From: Candidatus Cloacimonadales bacterium
Lineage (GTDB): Bacteria; Cloacimonadota; Cloacimonadia; Cloacimonadales; JAIOQZ01
Length of the DNA: 64,000 bases
Reading direction: 5' to 3'
NCBI GenBank assembly: GCA_963674825.1
Contig: OY771587.1
Span: forward strand, 3,712,001-3,776,000
This document shows positions 39,883-49,971 of this stretch, one piece after another; position 1 is the stretch's first letter, and each line of letters begins with the position of its first letter. Below the pieces are notes generated by a model. That model ran no database searches and was not told the DNA's origin. It saw only the letters and a list, made by a program, of their open reading frames with translations. Made by a program: the position numbers and the translations under genes.

Positions 39883-40472
39883 GACGCCTCTTCCCCACAC
39901 TGATATTTCTGATCGCAGTCTGTACCAACGTGCAGGCTGCGATTCTTGATTTCGTCTGCAATGGCGATACCATTTCCATCGAGTTGAACGCTCCGTTGCC
40001 CGACACTTTATCCTCAAAAGCATATCTGAACTTGGTAAACGAAGGCTATATCGTAATTAACATGGGGGATCGCCCCAGCAATACCGATCCCTATATCCTC
40101 GAGTTTGGTACTCCGATTCATCTTGATGTCGATCCAGATTCGCTGGGACTCGATTCGCTTCTGGTAAGGGACAGCAACTATCGTTTGCTACTTCGGAGCG
40201 ACGATCCCCGTCAGGGCATCTCGGTGAAAGACCTCCTGACGGAGCTGAACTATACCTACCAGGATAGCGTTGCGTCATCACCCATCGAATACGGCAGCTT
40301 CGTATATATTCCGCTCGCGCTCGATCACTATTTCATCGTAACCATTTCCGATGGCGCAGGCTGGCTCGATGGAAGAGCCGTTTGCCTCGGCAAGGTGATC
40401 AAGGGCCTGGATATCCTGCAAAGACACCAGGTTGAATCACTGCCAATCGATGCGCTGAATATCCGCGAATAG
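39879..40472 (+). CDS. Degenerate cyclophilin-like exported protein
   Basis: C-terminus YFIVT...WLDGRAVCLGKVIKGLD resembles the neighbouring gene. Confidence 0.6.
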   Translation: MRRLFPTLIFLIAVCTNVQAAILDFVCNGDTISIELNAPLPDTLSSKAYLNLVNEGYIVINMGDRPSNTDPYILEFGTPIHLDVDPDSLGLDSLLVRDSNYRLLLRSDDPRQGISVKDLLTELNYTYQDSVASSPIEYGSFVYIPLALDHYFIVTISDGAGWLDGRAVCLGKVIKGLDILQRHQVESLPIDALNIRE

Positions 40473-40605
40473 TACATTTATTACAGCTTGCTCATTATTC
40501 GAAATCCATACAATTTTACTTTCGGCTTGACACGCTATCGGTCAAAATGACTAATTTGCGTAATAAACAGCACATGCAGTTTAACTCCCATCGAAAATTC
40601 AAGGG

Positions 40606-42495
40606 GTGAAAACAATGGGTGAACACGCAATGTCGCTGGAAATAATGAAGATGCAGATCCTCGAGGTCGGCTTGTTGATTCTTGCTGCTTATGTCGGTGG
40701 CAAGATCGCCCGTAAGCTTAAAATCGGAGAAGTGATCGGTCAGATTCTCGGCGGTATCCTTGTCGGGCCGCACTTTCTGGAGCTGATCCACCGATTCCTG
40801 CAACACCACGAGGAATTACGAAGCATCATCTTTTTCCAGCCAATCTACCACTTCTACACAAAGGGTGGATTTGATCAATATTACGATATTCTGGAAGGCT
40901 ATCATTTCTTCGTCTTCCTGTTTCTGGGGATCATCGCCTTTTCTATCGGCGAAGAGCTTCATCGAGACCGTTTGAAGCAAGTTGGTATTAAAGCGACGCT
41001 GATATGTATCATTCAGGGATTGCTTACATTCGTTCTTCTTACGCTTGGGTTCAGATTTCTGTTTCCATCCTACTTTAACTGGGTACACGCCTGTATCATT
41101 GGTTCTATCGGTATCGCGACCGCACCAGCGCTCACGTTCGTACTGATGAACAAGCTGCGCATTGAAGGCTCTCTTCGTAATATCCTTGCCAATATCGTTG
41201 TATTGGACGACATCCTCGAGGTGATTTTCTTCTCTATCTTCCTGGGTATCGCCATGAAACACGGCAAAGAGCTCTCCGTTCTGAAGCTTACATGGCACGT
41301 TGTCAGTGAACTCGTCCTGGCCGCATTGATCGGTGTGGCGATCTTCTTTGTCCTGAATCTCACCATTCGCCAGAAGAAGACGGACAGCGACAGCCATCAC
41401 CATCACCATGATAAAGATCGCACCTTCCTCTCGACCGTCCTCTCCGAGCATCCCACACCTTCTGTGGAAATTCTGCTTATTATGATCGGTATCATTTCGG
41501 TGGGTATCGCAGTCGCGATCCACTTCGATCTACCGTTCCTGATTACCGCGGTTGTGGCTGGTTTTCTTATCTCGAACTTCCATTCTCACGCGATCTTCGA
41601 TTCGCTTAAAATCGAAAACGTGATGCCAATATTCAATCTCTTATTCTTCGCAATCATCGGCGCAAGTGTGCGCCTGGAAAGCTTCTCATCCAAGACAATC
41701 CTGTTGGTGTTAACCTATCTGGTGCTCCGGACTACGGGTAAACTCTTCGGTAACTGGTTTGGCGCAAAGATCACCAAACAGGATCCGAAAATCACCGCAA
41801 GCCTTCCCAAGCTGATGCTGCCGCAGGCTGGTATGGCTGCTGTAGAGACCATCCTTGTTGCAACCGTTCTCGGCCAAAAAGGTGGCGGAACCCTGATATT
41901 CGATGTGATCATCCCGGCTCTTGTCGTATTTGAACTGGGGGGGGCTTGGCTATCGGAGCGAACGCTATTACGCTGGAAACATTGGACGGTTGGAGAAAGG
42001 GAGGCACTCATGGCAAAGAAACGAGAAGCTGGTGATTTCAATCTGCACGACCTCCTTCACGATCGTGTATTTGAAATGATGGCAACCACGCGCGAAGAAG
42101 CAATCTTCGAGCTGGCACAAACGATGGTTCGTAGTGGTATCATCTCCGAGACAGCAATTATTACCAATTCACTGCTGGAACGAGAAAAACTCGCCAGTAC
42201 TGCGATCGGTAACGGCGTCGCATTCCCGCATTGCCGTATCGCGTCGATCGACCGTACCGTGGCAACCTGTGGTATAATCGGGCATCCGGTTGAATGGAAC
42301 GCTCCCGATGGCAAGCCGGTTGATCTGCTCTTCTTGATCCTCACGCCCGAGGAGCACCCCGAGCAGCATCTCAAAGCAATCAAGACCATTGCTACCGCAT
42401 TACGGCAGGATCATTTCAGGGAAAATATCGATAATGCACTCAGGCAACAGAATGTGGAGCAATGGCTGCATAAGCTGGATACGGCGAATGTCTGA
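40606..42495 (+). CDS. Cation:proton antiporter fused to a PTS EIIA (Ntr/Fru-type) domain
   Basis: About 12 TM helices, ATAPA, LDD, PQAG; C-terminal EREK.STAIGNGVAFPH. Confidence 0.88.
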   Translation: MKTMGEHAMSLEIMKMQILEVGLLILAAYVGGKIARKLKIGEVIGQILGGILVGPHFLELIHRFLQHHEELRSIIFFQPIYHFYTKGGFDQYYDILEGYHFFVFLFLGIIAFSIGEELHRDRLKQVGIKATLICIIQGLLTFVLLTLGFRFLFPSYFNWVHACIIGSIGIATAPALTFVLMNKLRIEGSLRNILANIVVLDDILEVIFFSIFLGIAMKHGKELSVLKLTWHVVSELVLAALIGVAIFFVLNLTIRQKKTDSDSHHHHHDKDRTFLSTVLSEHPTPSVEILLIMIGIISVGIAVAIHFDLPFLITAVVAGFLISNFHSHAIFDSLKIENVMPIFNLLFFAIIGASVRLESFSSKTILLVLTYLVLRTTGKLFGNWFGAKITKQDPKITASLPKLMLPQAGMAAVETILVATVLGQKGGGTLIFDVIIPALVVFELGGAWLSERTLLRWKHWTVGEREALMAKKREAGDFNLHDLLHDRVFEMMATTREEAIFELAQTMVRSGIISETAIITNSLLEREKLASTAIGNGVAFPHCRIASIDRTVATCGIIGHPVEWNAPDGKPVDLLFLILTPEEHPEQHLKAIKTIATALRQDHFRENIDNALRQQNVEQWLHKLDTANV

Positions 42496-42525
42496 TGCAG
42501 ATTAGATAGTGGATAATTATGGAAT

Positions 42526-42552
42526 AAAAGCCCGGTCAAATCCGGGCTTTTT
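42526..42552. terminator. Bidirectional terminator between convergent genes
   Basis: AAAAGCCCGG-TCAAAT-CCGGGCTTTTT. Confidence 0.75.
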
Positions 42553-42557
42553 CATAT

Positions 42558-44978
42558 CTATTCAAACCGGAGAATATCCGCCGGATTCCGGTTTACTGTG
42601 TGAAGCGTATAATAGAGCGTCGTGATCACCGCGATCAGAATAGTGATCACGAACACCAGCAGGAATATCCACGGCTGAATGGTAATTCGCCATTCGAAGT
42701 TACGCAACCAGTGCTCCATACCAATCCAGGTAATGGGGATCGCGAGAATATTCGCCAGCACAACCCATTGAATCTGCTCCTTCATGACGAGCACCAGCAA
42801 GCGATTAAGCCTGGCGCCATGTACCTTCCTGACGGCTATCTCCTTGCTGCGCTGAATATTGCTATAGGCTGTAAGCGCGACCAATCCCAGAATGGAAATA
42901 AATATCGCCAGCCCTGCAAACACACCGAAAACCTGTCCGAATTGCCTGTCCTTGCTAAATTGCCGCCTGAAGAATTCATCCAGGAAGAAGTAATGAAACG
43001 GATTGCCAGGATAGTATCGATCCCATAGCTCGCGGATGATCGGGATAGTCTCCGATAAAGCGTCTTCGCGAATACGGAAGACATGAAAAGCCTTATAACC
43101 GCTGACATGCGGGAACAAGAGCGGTTTTACGGGAAGCTTGGGACTCATCTGGTTATAATTCTCGATCACACCGACTATCTTGCGTTCCACTTTCCCCTGA
43201 TACACGATCTCATCAATCGCCTCCTCCGGGTTTTGATAGCCATAGAAGTCAAGCGCTGCCCGATTGATGACAGCTGCCGAGTCGTCCGTTGGAAACGAGC
43301 GGATGTCGAAGTTACGGCCAGCAAGCACAGGGATTTCGAAGAAAGGAATATAATTTTCATCGATTCCGACGAGGTACATCACTTCGTTCTCGGAAGATTC
43401 ACTACCTTTTCTGTACGATCCGTTTGCCCAGAAGATTTCCTCACCTGGAATGTTCGTTCCGCGCGTGAAACCAGTGATTTGCGGTATTTTCCGAATCTCT
43501 TCCTCGAATGCGCGATGACTGGCTCCAAGCAGCGAATCCGAAGCAAAGACACTGGGTTCGTGCAAGACCAGCACACGATCGATATTCACACCGATATCTT
43601 TGTTTTCAAGATGCTGCATCTGCTGGAAGACAAGAATCGTACATGCGATGAGTGCCGCCGAAACCGTAAACTGGAACACCACCAGTATCTTCTTCATCAG
43701 GGAACCCGAACGTGACCGAGCAAAGCTACCTTTGAGGACAATGACCGGATCGAACGCCGATTGAACAAAGGCGGGATAGAGATTGGTCAGGGTAGCGCCA
43801 CCAACAAACAGGATTATCAGCCACAGCCAGTAACCGGAGTTGAGCAGCAATCTGAATCCGAGTTCCGCACCGGTAAACTGCCTGAACCATGGTTGAACAG
43901 CTTCCACAATCAGGATCGCCAGCGTGAAAGCGATAAGATTCGTGATCAGCGATTCGAAGATGAATTGCCGGATCAGCACATGCCGCTCCGCGCCACAAAC
44001 CTTGCGCAGGCCCACCTCCCTGGCTCGTCCAAGCGCGCTGGTAACCGAAAGATTGATATAGTTAATCCACGCCAGAATAAGGATGAACACCGCCACCAAC
44101 GTCAGGAGTTGCACTGCCTGACCATCGCCCTGCTCATCTGCTTCCGATTCTTGTAATAGATGTGAATAGAGATGGATATCCGACATCGGCTGTAGCAGGA
44201 ATTCCATGTCCATGACCTGTTCATTGATGTCAGGATTGATAGCTTTGTCATGCAGCCATGCATTGAACTTGCGGTTGAATTCATTTGGATCCGTTCCCGG
44301 CTGCATCAGAACATACGTGTTGAAATCATACCAGCCCCAAGCGGTCTCGGCATTCTCTCCAGCCCACTCAACCAACGTCGCGAAGGACAGGATCCCAGTA
44401 AATTTGATGTGCGAATTGTGAGGAACATCGATACAGACACCCGTCACCTCGAAATCATGCTCGCCATCCACCTTGACCGTCTGGCCTACCGGATCCTCAT
44501 CCCCAAAAAGCTGCTTCGCCATCGATTCACAGAGCACCATCGTGAATGGACGCACCAGCGCTGAATCGGCATCGCCGTGAATGATGGGGAAATCGAGCAG
44601 TGTCGTGAAATTCGGCCAGGCAAATTCTACCTTGTCTTGCCGGATCGATTTCTCACCAACCGTTAAGATACAGCGCCAGGGGAAAGCTTTGGTGTGGTCC
44701 AGCGCTTCGGGGAAATTCTCAACCATCGCCGGACCTACCGCCGGTACGGCTGCCGCGCACGCCACGCGCAGTTCTCCATCCTGATAGATGTTGTACTGTA
44801 CGCGATAGAGATTTTCGTAGTTACCGTGAAAGGTATCGTAGCTTTTCTCGTATGCTACATACATCAGTATAAGCAGACACGCTGCCATTCCGATGACCAG
44901 ACCGCTGATCGTGATGAACGTGAAGGATTTGTGATTGCGTATATGCCGGAAATACATCTTCAGAGCTTTCAAGAACAT
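42558..44978 (-). CDS. ABC transporter permease (MacB/FtsX duplicated type)
   Basis: RAREVGLRKVCGA, RSKEIAVRKVHGA, LQPMSDIHL. Confidence 0.92.
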   Translation of the reverse strand: MFLKALKMYFRHIRNHKSFTFITISGLVIGMAACLLILMYVAYEKSYDTFHGNYENLYRVQYNIYQDGELRVACAAAVPAVGPAMVENFPEALDHTKAFPWRCILTVGEKSIRQDKVEFAWPNFTTLLDFPIIHGDADSALVRPFTMVLCESMAKQLFGDEDPVGQTVKVDGEHDFEVTGVCIDVPHNSHIKFTGILSFATLVEWAGENAETAWGWYDFNTYVLMQPGTDPNEFNRKFNAWLHDKAINPDINEQVMDMEFLLQPMSDIHLYSHLLQESEADEQGDGQAVQLLTLVAVFILILAWINYINLSVTSALGRAREVGLRKVCGAERHVLIRQFIFESLITNLIAFTLAILIVEAVQPWFRQFTGAELGFRLLLNSGYWLWLIILFVGGATLTNLYPAFVQSAFDPVIVLKGSFARSRSGSLMKKILVVFQFTVSAALIACTILVFQQMQHLENKDIGVNIDRVLVLHEPSVFASDSLLGASHRAFEEEIRKIPQITGFTRGTNIPGEEIFWANGSYRKGSESSENEVMYLVGIDENYIPFFEIPVLAGRNFDIRSFPTDDSAAVINRAALDFYGYQNPEEAIDEIVYQGKVERKIVGVIENYNQMSPKLPVKPLLFPHVSGYKAFHVFRIREDALSETIPIIRELWDRYYPGNPFHYFFLDEFFRRQFSKDRQFGQVFGVFAGLAIFISILGLVALTAYSNIQRSKEIAVRKVHGARLNRLLVLVMKEQIQWVVLANILAIPITWIGMEHWLRNFEWRITIQPWIFLLVFVITILIAVITTLYYTLHTVNRNPADILRFE

Positions 44979-45079
44979 TGCTTTATCCTCTTTGATTCAA
45001 AGGTGGACAGTAAGTGTATGAAAACGAACAAGAATCTTTTCTTATTCTGCCTGGTATGACATCTTCATCAACGAAGAGG

Positions 45080-46288
45080 CTATATCATTCTCTTCAGGGT
45101 TAAAATCATCGTGATATACTCATCTCCGCGTTGAACAAGAAGAGTGAGCTTCCTTCCGTGTTCGCTGCTGACGATATCGAGGTAGTCGATGATGGACATT
45201 CCATTGGTTGGCGTTCCATTGATCTCGATCAGCTTGTCATCGATCTGTAAGCCGGCTTCCTCAGCGGCAGAATCGGGCATGATTACTTTCACGAAGTACC
45301 CTTTTGCGATCTTCATGCCGCTCATGTTATAGTCATAAGGCCTATCGATGAAGCGGTTTGGCGTAAGATAGAGCCGCTGCCCTATGTAGTCGAAAACCAT
45401 TGTGAAGCGCGATAACAGCGGTAGTCCCACCACACCCAGGCTGGTGGGCTCGATGCGCATCTCATCACGATTACCGAATGCAGCCAGCTCGTTTTTGAAC
45501 GTCTGTCCAGCGAAAGTCATCTCGCGAACGCGCCCCAGATAACCCGTCATCGGTCCCTGCGCGCCGTATCCGAGAACGGTTTCCAGCTTCTTCTCCGGCG
45601 GAACGATGCCTTTTTCTTCGTCCAAGACGAGCTTCAGCAAACTCGTGCCACCGAAATCGATATCGATGATGTCATCCAGCACGGTTCCGTTTTCCAGCTT
45701 GATTTTGATCGGGATGGAATATCCGCCATCCTCCCATGCTGTCATGGGCAAGATCGCGGTATTCTCGGAAGGCTCATATGTATCAGGTCTGTGTAGTATC
45801 GCTACATTCTTTTCGAAATCGAATTCTACTTGAAAGTGGCTGAAAAAGGTATTGCTGATCTGCCCGTCAACACTGGGAAACATCCGCGTATAGCCGGCTG
45901 ATGCAGGCGAGATGAAGCACTCCTGATCGTGGAATGTCACATCGCCGATTGTTATGCTAACGCCCTCTGTCGAAACAGCTTCTGTGCGTTCACCACTTCC
46001 AGCGCCACCGATGGTGAGCGAATCGCCCTGGATTAATCCGAGCTTATCGACGACCGGGGTTCCGAAGAACCATATCTGGTCCCACAGCCTGCCGTTGTCG
46101 ATCATGAGACGAAGCGGTATACCGTTTATCTCGGCATCGAATACGGGTTTTCCGTCGACGATGTCATAGGGAACCCGGATAGGGCCTTTGACGTCTGTTT
46201 CGTAACTTCCAACCGGGGTGATCGATTCGCTGAACATGCATAGCACTCCTGTGAATAGTAGTGTGAATAGCAGAAAACGTCTTATCAT
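45080..46288 (-). CDS. Retropepsin-like aspartyl protease with C-terminal PDZ domain
   Basis: Two lobes (LMIDNG, DIDFGG; GVVGLPLLSRF.MVFDY); PDZ DSAAEEAGLQIDD.LIEING. Confidence 0.7.
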   Translation of the reverse strand: MIRRFLLFTLLFTGVLCMFSESITPVGSYETDVKGPIRVPYDIVDGKPVFDAEINGIPLRLMIDNGRLWDQIWFFGTPVVDKLGLIQGDSLTIGGAGSGERTEAVSTEGVSITIGDVTFHDQECFISPASAGYTRMFPSVDGQISNTFFSHFQVEFDFEKNVAILHRPDTYEPSENTAILPMTAWEDGGYSIPIKIKLENGTVLDDIIDIDFGGTSLLKLVLDEEKGIVPPEKKLETVLGYGAQGPMTGYLGRVREMTFAGQTFKNELAAFGNRDEMRIEPTSLGVVGLPLLSRFTMVFDYIGQRLYLTPNRFIDRPYDYNMSGMKIAKGYFVKVIMPDSAAEEAGLQIDDKLIEINGTPTNGMSIIDYLDIVSSEHGRKLTLLVQRGDEYITMILTLKRMI

Positions 46289-46464
46289 GTGTGTCTCCCA
46301 ATCATGTGGTCATGTAATCATTTGCAATTCATGTGCCATAGCGAAATGAAGGGATTGCAGGAACCCTTCACAATCCTATACGCGGCATCCAGAAAAATTA
46401 AAATTGACAAGCGATTGATTATATTGCATGTTATGGTATCAACTACGGAACTTCTGGAGGGAAC

Positions 46465-48597
46465 ATGAGAAACGGTTTGTTGATCTCGCTTGTCATTATG
46501 GTAGGGTTTATTGCAAACATCTCCGCCCAGGACTGCTGGAATATGGAATTGGTTGATCGATACATTGTCTCCCCATTCTGCTTCATTACCGATATGATTG
46601 CAATTGATGACTATGTTCTGGTGCTGGACCGCGAAGCAGGGCTTGTAATCGTGAACTGCCAATCTCCAGGCGAACCATACGTCGTCGGTATTTGCGGTTC
46701 GCCAGATTATGGCTATAACATGGCTGTTTCCGGTGATTACGTGTATATCGCGGATTCGGAAAACGCGTTTCGTATCATCGATATCAGCAATCGTACAGAA
46801 CCAACAGAAGTATATTGCCTCGAAACTTCTGGCTCTGTTCAATCCGTTGCGGTGTCGGGGAATTACGTCTATTTCGGCGTACGCGATGATGGATTGTATA
46901 TCATGGATATCAGTAATCCTTCTGAACCGCTCGTGGTCAATGTTCTCGAAAACCTGTCACAGGTCATCAGCCTGGAAGCTCAGGGTGAGACGCTGTTTAT
47001 ATCTTATTACATCAACAATCATGCAAGATTGTACATATACGATATCAGCGATCCGGAATATCCATATCAGGTATTCAATTATTACAATGGATTAAGCATC
47101 ATTAAAAACATTGGCATAGAGGATGATATTGCAGTTTTTGCCAGCGATCATATTGTCAGAATCTTCGATATCAGCGATCCTTCTGATCCAGATGAATTAG
47201 CAGATTTACCTGCCTACTCTGTTTATGACGCAGTTATCCATGATGATCATATTTATCTATCAGACCATATATCGGATCTTACCATTTTCGATATCAGTGA
47301 ACCTGAAGCTCCTGTTACAGTTTATGTTGACAATCATCAAACACATTGCGCAAGAGTAGCAGTAACTGAGAATTATGCGTTCTTTGGCAATATCGATTTT
47401 ACTGCTTACTGTGTGGAAGATCCTTCTGAACCAATGCAGATTGGGTACATTCCGTCTTTGGGAAGCATCAAAGATGTGAAAATCGATGACCCAAATGCGT
47501 ATGCCCTAACGAATGACAACTTCCTGATACTTGATTCTGAAAGCCAGGATCGCATTTCAGTGATTGGGTCGTATGAAATGACAAATGCTGAAGCATTCGA
47601 GGTCTCGGGCGACTACGCTTATATTACGTGCACTCTCGATGGGCTGTACGTTCTTGATATCAGTAATCCTCACAGCCCGGAGTGTGTAGGATACATTGAC
47701 ATTTCCAGCAGTACGAATAGCCTTATGTTTGCTGAAAACTACGTGTATATCCCCTGTGCGGTCGGGATGCACATCATCGATGTAAGCGATCCGACAGTGC
47801 CACATCTTACCGATACCTATTATTCTTCGAGCTCAAAAGGAGTCTATGTTTCTGGTGGCTATGCCTATCTGGCAATGGGGCTCGGTGGTTTGCGTATCGT
47901 CGATATAAGCGATCCGAATGATCCATTTCTGGTTTCGGAACTATCTATTGACGGAGATGCCGTGAATGTTTGCACATCTGGAGATTATGCTTACATAGGC
48001 GATTTCAATGGCGCTGTATGGATCATCGATGTATCCGATATTGAAAATCCTATTCCATTGTGTTGCTATGAACTGCCTGATCATGCTGTTGACATAGAAA
48101 TCGTGGGTACAGATCTGTTTATCGCGAATTACAACCACGGTATCCGGGTCCTCGACGTGAGTGATCCCGCATATCCCGTGGAAACAGGTTATTACCAGAC
48201 CATCGGCACTGCCCGATCGCTGGAAGTTGTCGATAACCTGGTTTATGTCGCAGACGGGAGCAACTTAGGCATCTACGACTGCACTGCCGCGGATGTCCAG
48301 ACGGATGACACGCCTACTGTTCTAATGGCTTTGCACGGAAACTACCCCAACCCATTCAACCCGGAGACGACGATCAGCTTCAGCGTTCCGCAGACTGGTG
48401 TTGTGACACTTGCCGTTTACAACATCAAGGGCCAGAAGGTCAAAACGCTGGTCAGCGATACACTCGAAATGGGACAGCACACAGCTACCTGGAAAGGTAC
48501 GGACAACGCCGGAAAGAGCGTATCTTCAGGCATCTACTTCTACCGCCTGGAAGCAGACGGGAAAACCGCAACCAAGAAGATGTTGCTGCTGAAATAG
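46465..48597 (+). CDS. Secreted LVIVD-repeat protein with FlgD-Ig/T9SS-type C-terminal domain
   Basis: Many VSGxYxY..GL.I.DIS.P..P repeats; NYPNPFNP...KKMLLLK. Confidence 0.88.
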   Translation: MRNGLLISLVIMVGFIANISAQDCWNMELVDRYIVSPFCFITDMIAIDDYVLVLDREAGLVIVNCQSPGEPYVVGICGSPDYGYNMAVSGDYVYIADSENAFRIIDISNRTEPTEVYCLETSGSVQSVAVSGNYVYFGVRDDGLYIMDISNPSEPLVVNVLENLSQVISLEAQGETLFISYYINNHARLYIYDISDPEYPYQVFNYYNGLSIIKNIGIEDDIAVFASDHIVRIFDISDPSDPDELADLPAYSVYDAVIHDDHIYLSDHISDLTIFDISEPEAPVTVYVDNHQTHCARVAVTENYAFFGNIDFTAYCVEDPSEPMQIGYIPSLGSIKDVKIDDPNAYALTNDNFLILDSESQDRISVIGSYEMTNAEAFEVSGDYAYITCTLDGLYVLDISNPHSPECVGYIDISSSTNSLMFAENYVYIPCAVGMHIIDVSDPTVPHLTDTYYSSSSKGVYVSGGYAYLAMGLGGLRIVDISDPNDPFLVSELSIDGDAVNVCTSGDYAYIGDFNGAVWIIDVSDIENPIPLCCYELPDHAVDIEIVGTDLFIANYNHGIRVLDVSDPAYPVETGYYQTIGTARSLEVVDNLVYVADGSNLGIYDCTAADVQTDDTPTVLMALHGNYPNPFNPETTISFSVPQTGVVTLAVYNIKGQKVKTLVSDTLEMGQHTATWKGTDNAGKSVSSGIYFYRLEADGKTATKKMLLLK

Positions 48598-48599
48598 AC
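48340..48599 (+). repeat. 260-bp repeat, copy 1 (C-terminal sorting-domain cassette)
   Basis: 10 mismatches against 51826-52085 by manual alignment. Confidence 0.95.
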
Positions 48600-48871
48600 T
48601 CCGGCTACTGAAACAATTCCGTTTTAATAACATCGTTCTAACGTACATTGTTTTTAAGACGAGAAGGCAATCTCATGGGTTTCTCTCTTCACGAGAAGAG
48701 AAAGCGTAAATTTAATTTTCGCTCATAACATATATTAACTAAAGCATTTATATATTTACTGAATATGATTCTTATATTTTCATCTTGGCAGACCACGCTT
48801 TCGCAATAATATTTCTTTGTTCAAGAATGAGGGCTGTAATATACATTCATGCCACTATTGTGGGATTATTC

Positions 48872-49906
48872 GGCTTAATGGACAAAATGGTTGCTATTTC
48901 GCCAGAATTTCATCGATCATTTTACGTTTTCTCCATGGTTTAATGCCCGGATGATTTCTTAGCTTTCTTTTCAGCATTGAGAATGTCCCTTCCAGAGAAT
49001 TCGTGGTGTTAGGGATGCCTCGATCTGGGTAATCCTGATAAATGAATAGGAAAGGGAGATTCGTTTTTAAGCTTCTGATTGCGCTACGTAATCTCCGATG
49101 AGTATAGTGCCATTTTCCAGTTTCCAGATTGAAGGTTTTCTCTCGTAGGAAAGATTTCCATTGCTGTTCCCACATCGAAAGCATAGCTTCAAATTCATGA
49201 CGAGTAGAATGAGATAAATGCCGTACAATTTCCTTCAATTCTTTACCTGCTTCAAGCTTTGGATTGCGAGTTAGATATCGAGTAATGATCTGTACCTGAT
49301 GGAATTGACACATTTGTACAGGGATATCGCTAAAGGCATGAAAAAGCCCTCGTTTCCCATCACAAGCGATTCCCAGGATTTCCCATGATCTACTCTGCAA
49401 CCACCGAATGCCTTCAATATAGTCCTTCAATGACTCATGTTTCACATAAACCCAGAGCAGATTTTTCCGACTCAGCTCATCGCGAAAAACCATGACACCA
49501 AAGCCGCGTCCAAAATAACTGGCGTCCATAACGATCACGCATTTACCTTTCTCATGTAGTTGGATATCGACGGTGACTTTATCGAGTTTGCGTCGAATAG
49601 TTCGAGTTGATATCCCATATCGATCACCGAGGTTTTCGAGTGTCTGATTGCCATGAACATGATCATTCCACAAGTGGATAATCAGATCATTCTCAGAACG
49701 CTTGGTATTCGCAAATACACTGTGACAATCATGGCAAAGGTATCGCTGAGCTCGACATCTTTTACCGTTTTTTTCGTCCTATACGAGCCACATTGGGGGC
49801 ACCGTTTTCGAGTCATTTCTGTGCTCCTACATAAAAACTTGGATTTAAATGACTCGATATAAATGAGATAGATATGATTTCAGCAACCTTTTTTGTCTAT
49901 TAGACC
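48872..49906 (-). mobile_element. IS256/Mutator-family insertion sequence, 1035 bp
   Basis: Imperfect IRs GGCTTAATGGACAAAATGGTTGCT and GGTCTAATAGACAAAAAAGGTTGCT; 8-bp target duplication GATTATTC at 48864-48871 and 49907-49914. Confidence 0.92.
48894..49816 (-). CDS. IS256-family transposase with N-terminal Zn ribbon; -1 frameshift at an A7 run
   Basis: CPQC...CHDC split across frames; DDE residues MDA, CDG, TNSLE; CQFH (CxxH) motif. Confidence 0.82.
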
Positions 49907-49971
49907 GATTATTCCTATATTCATGCCCTCAACAATCAACCCATAACCCTAACAAACCTATTGGAGGAAGA

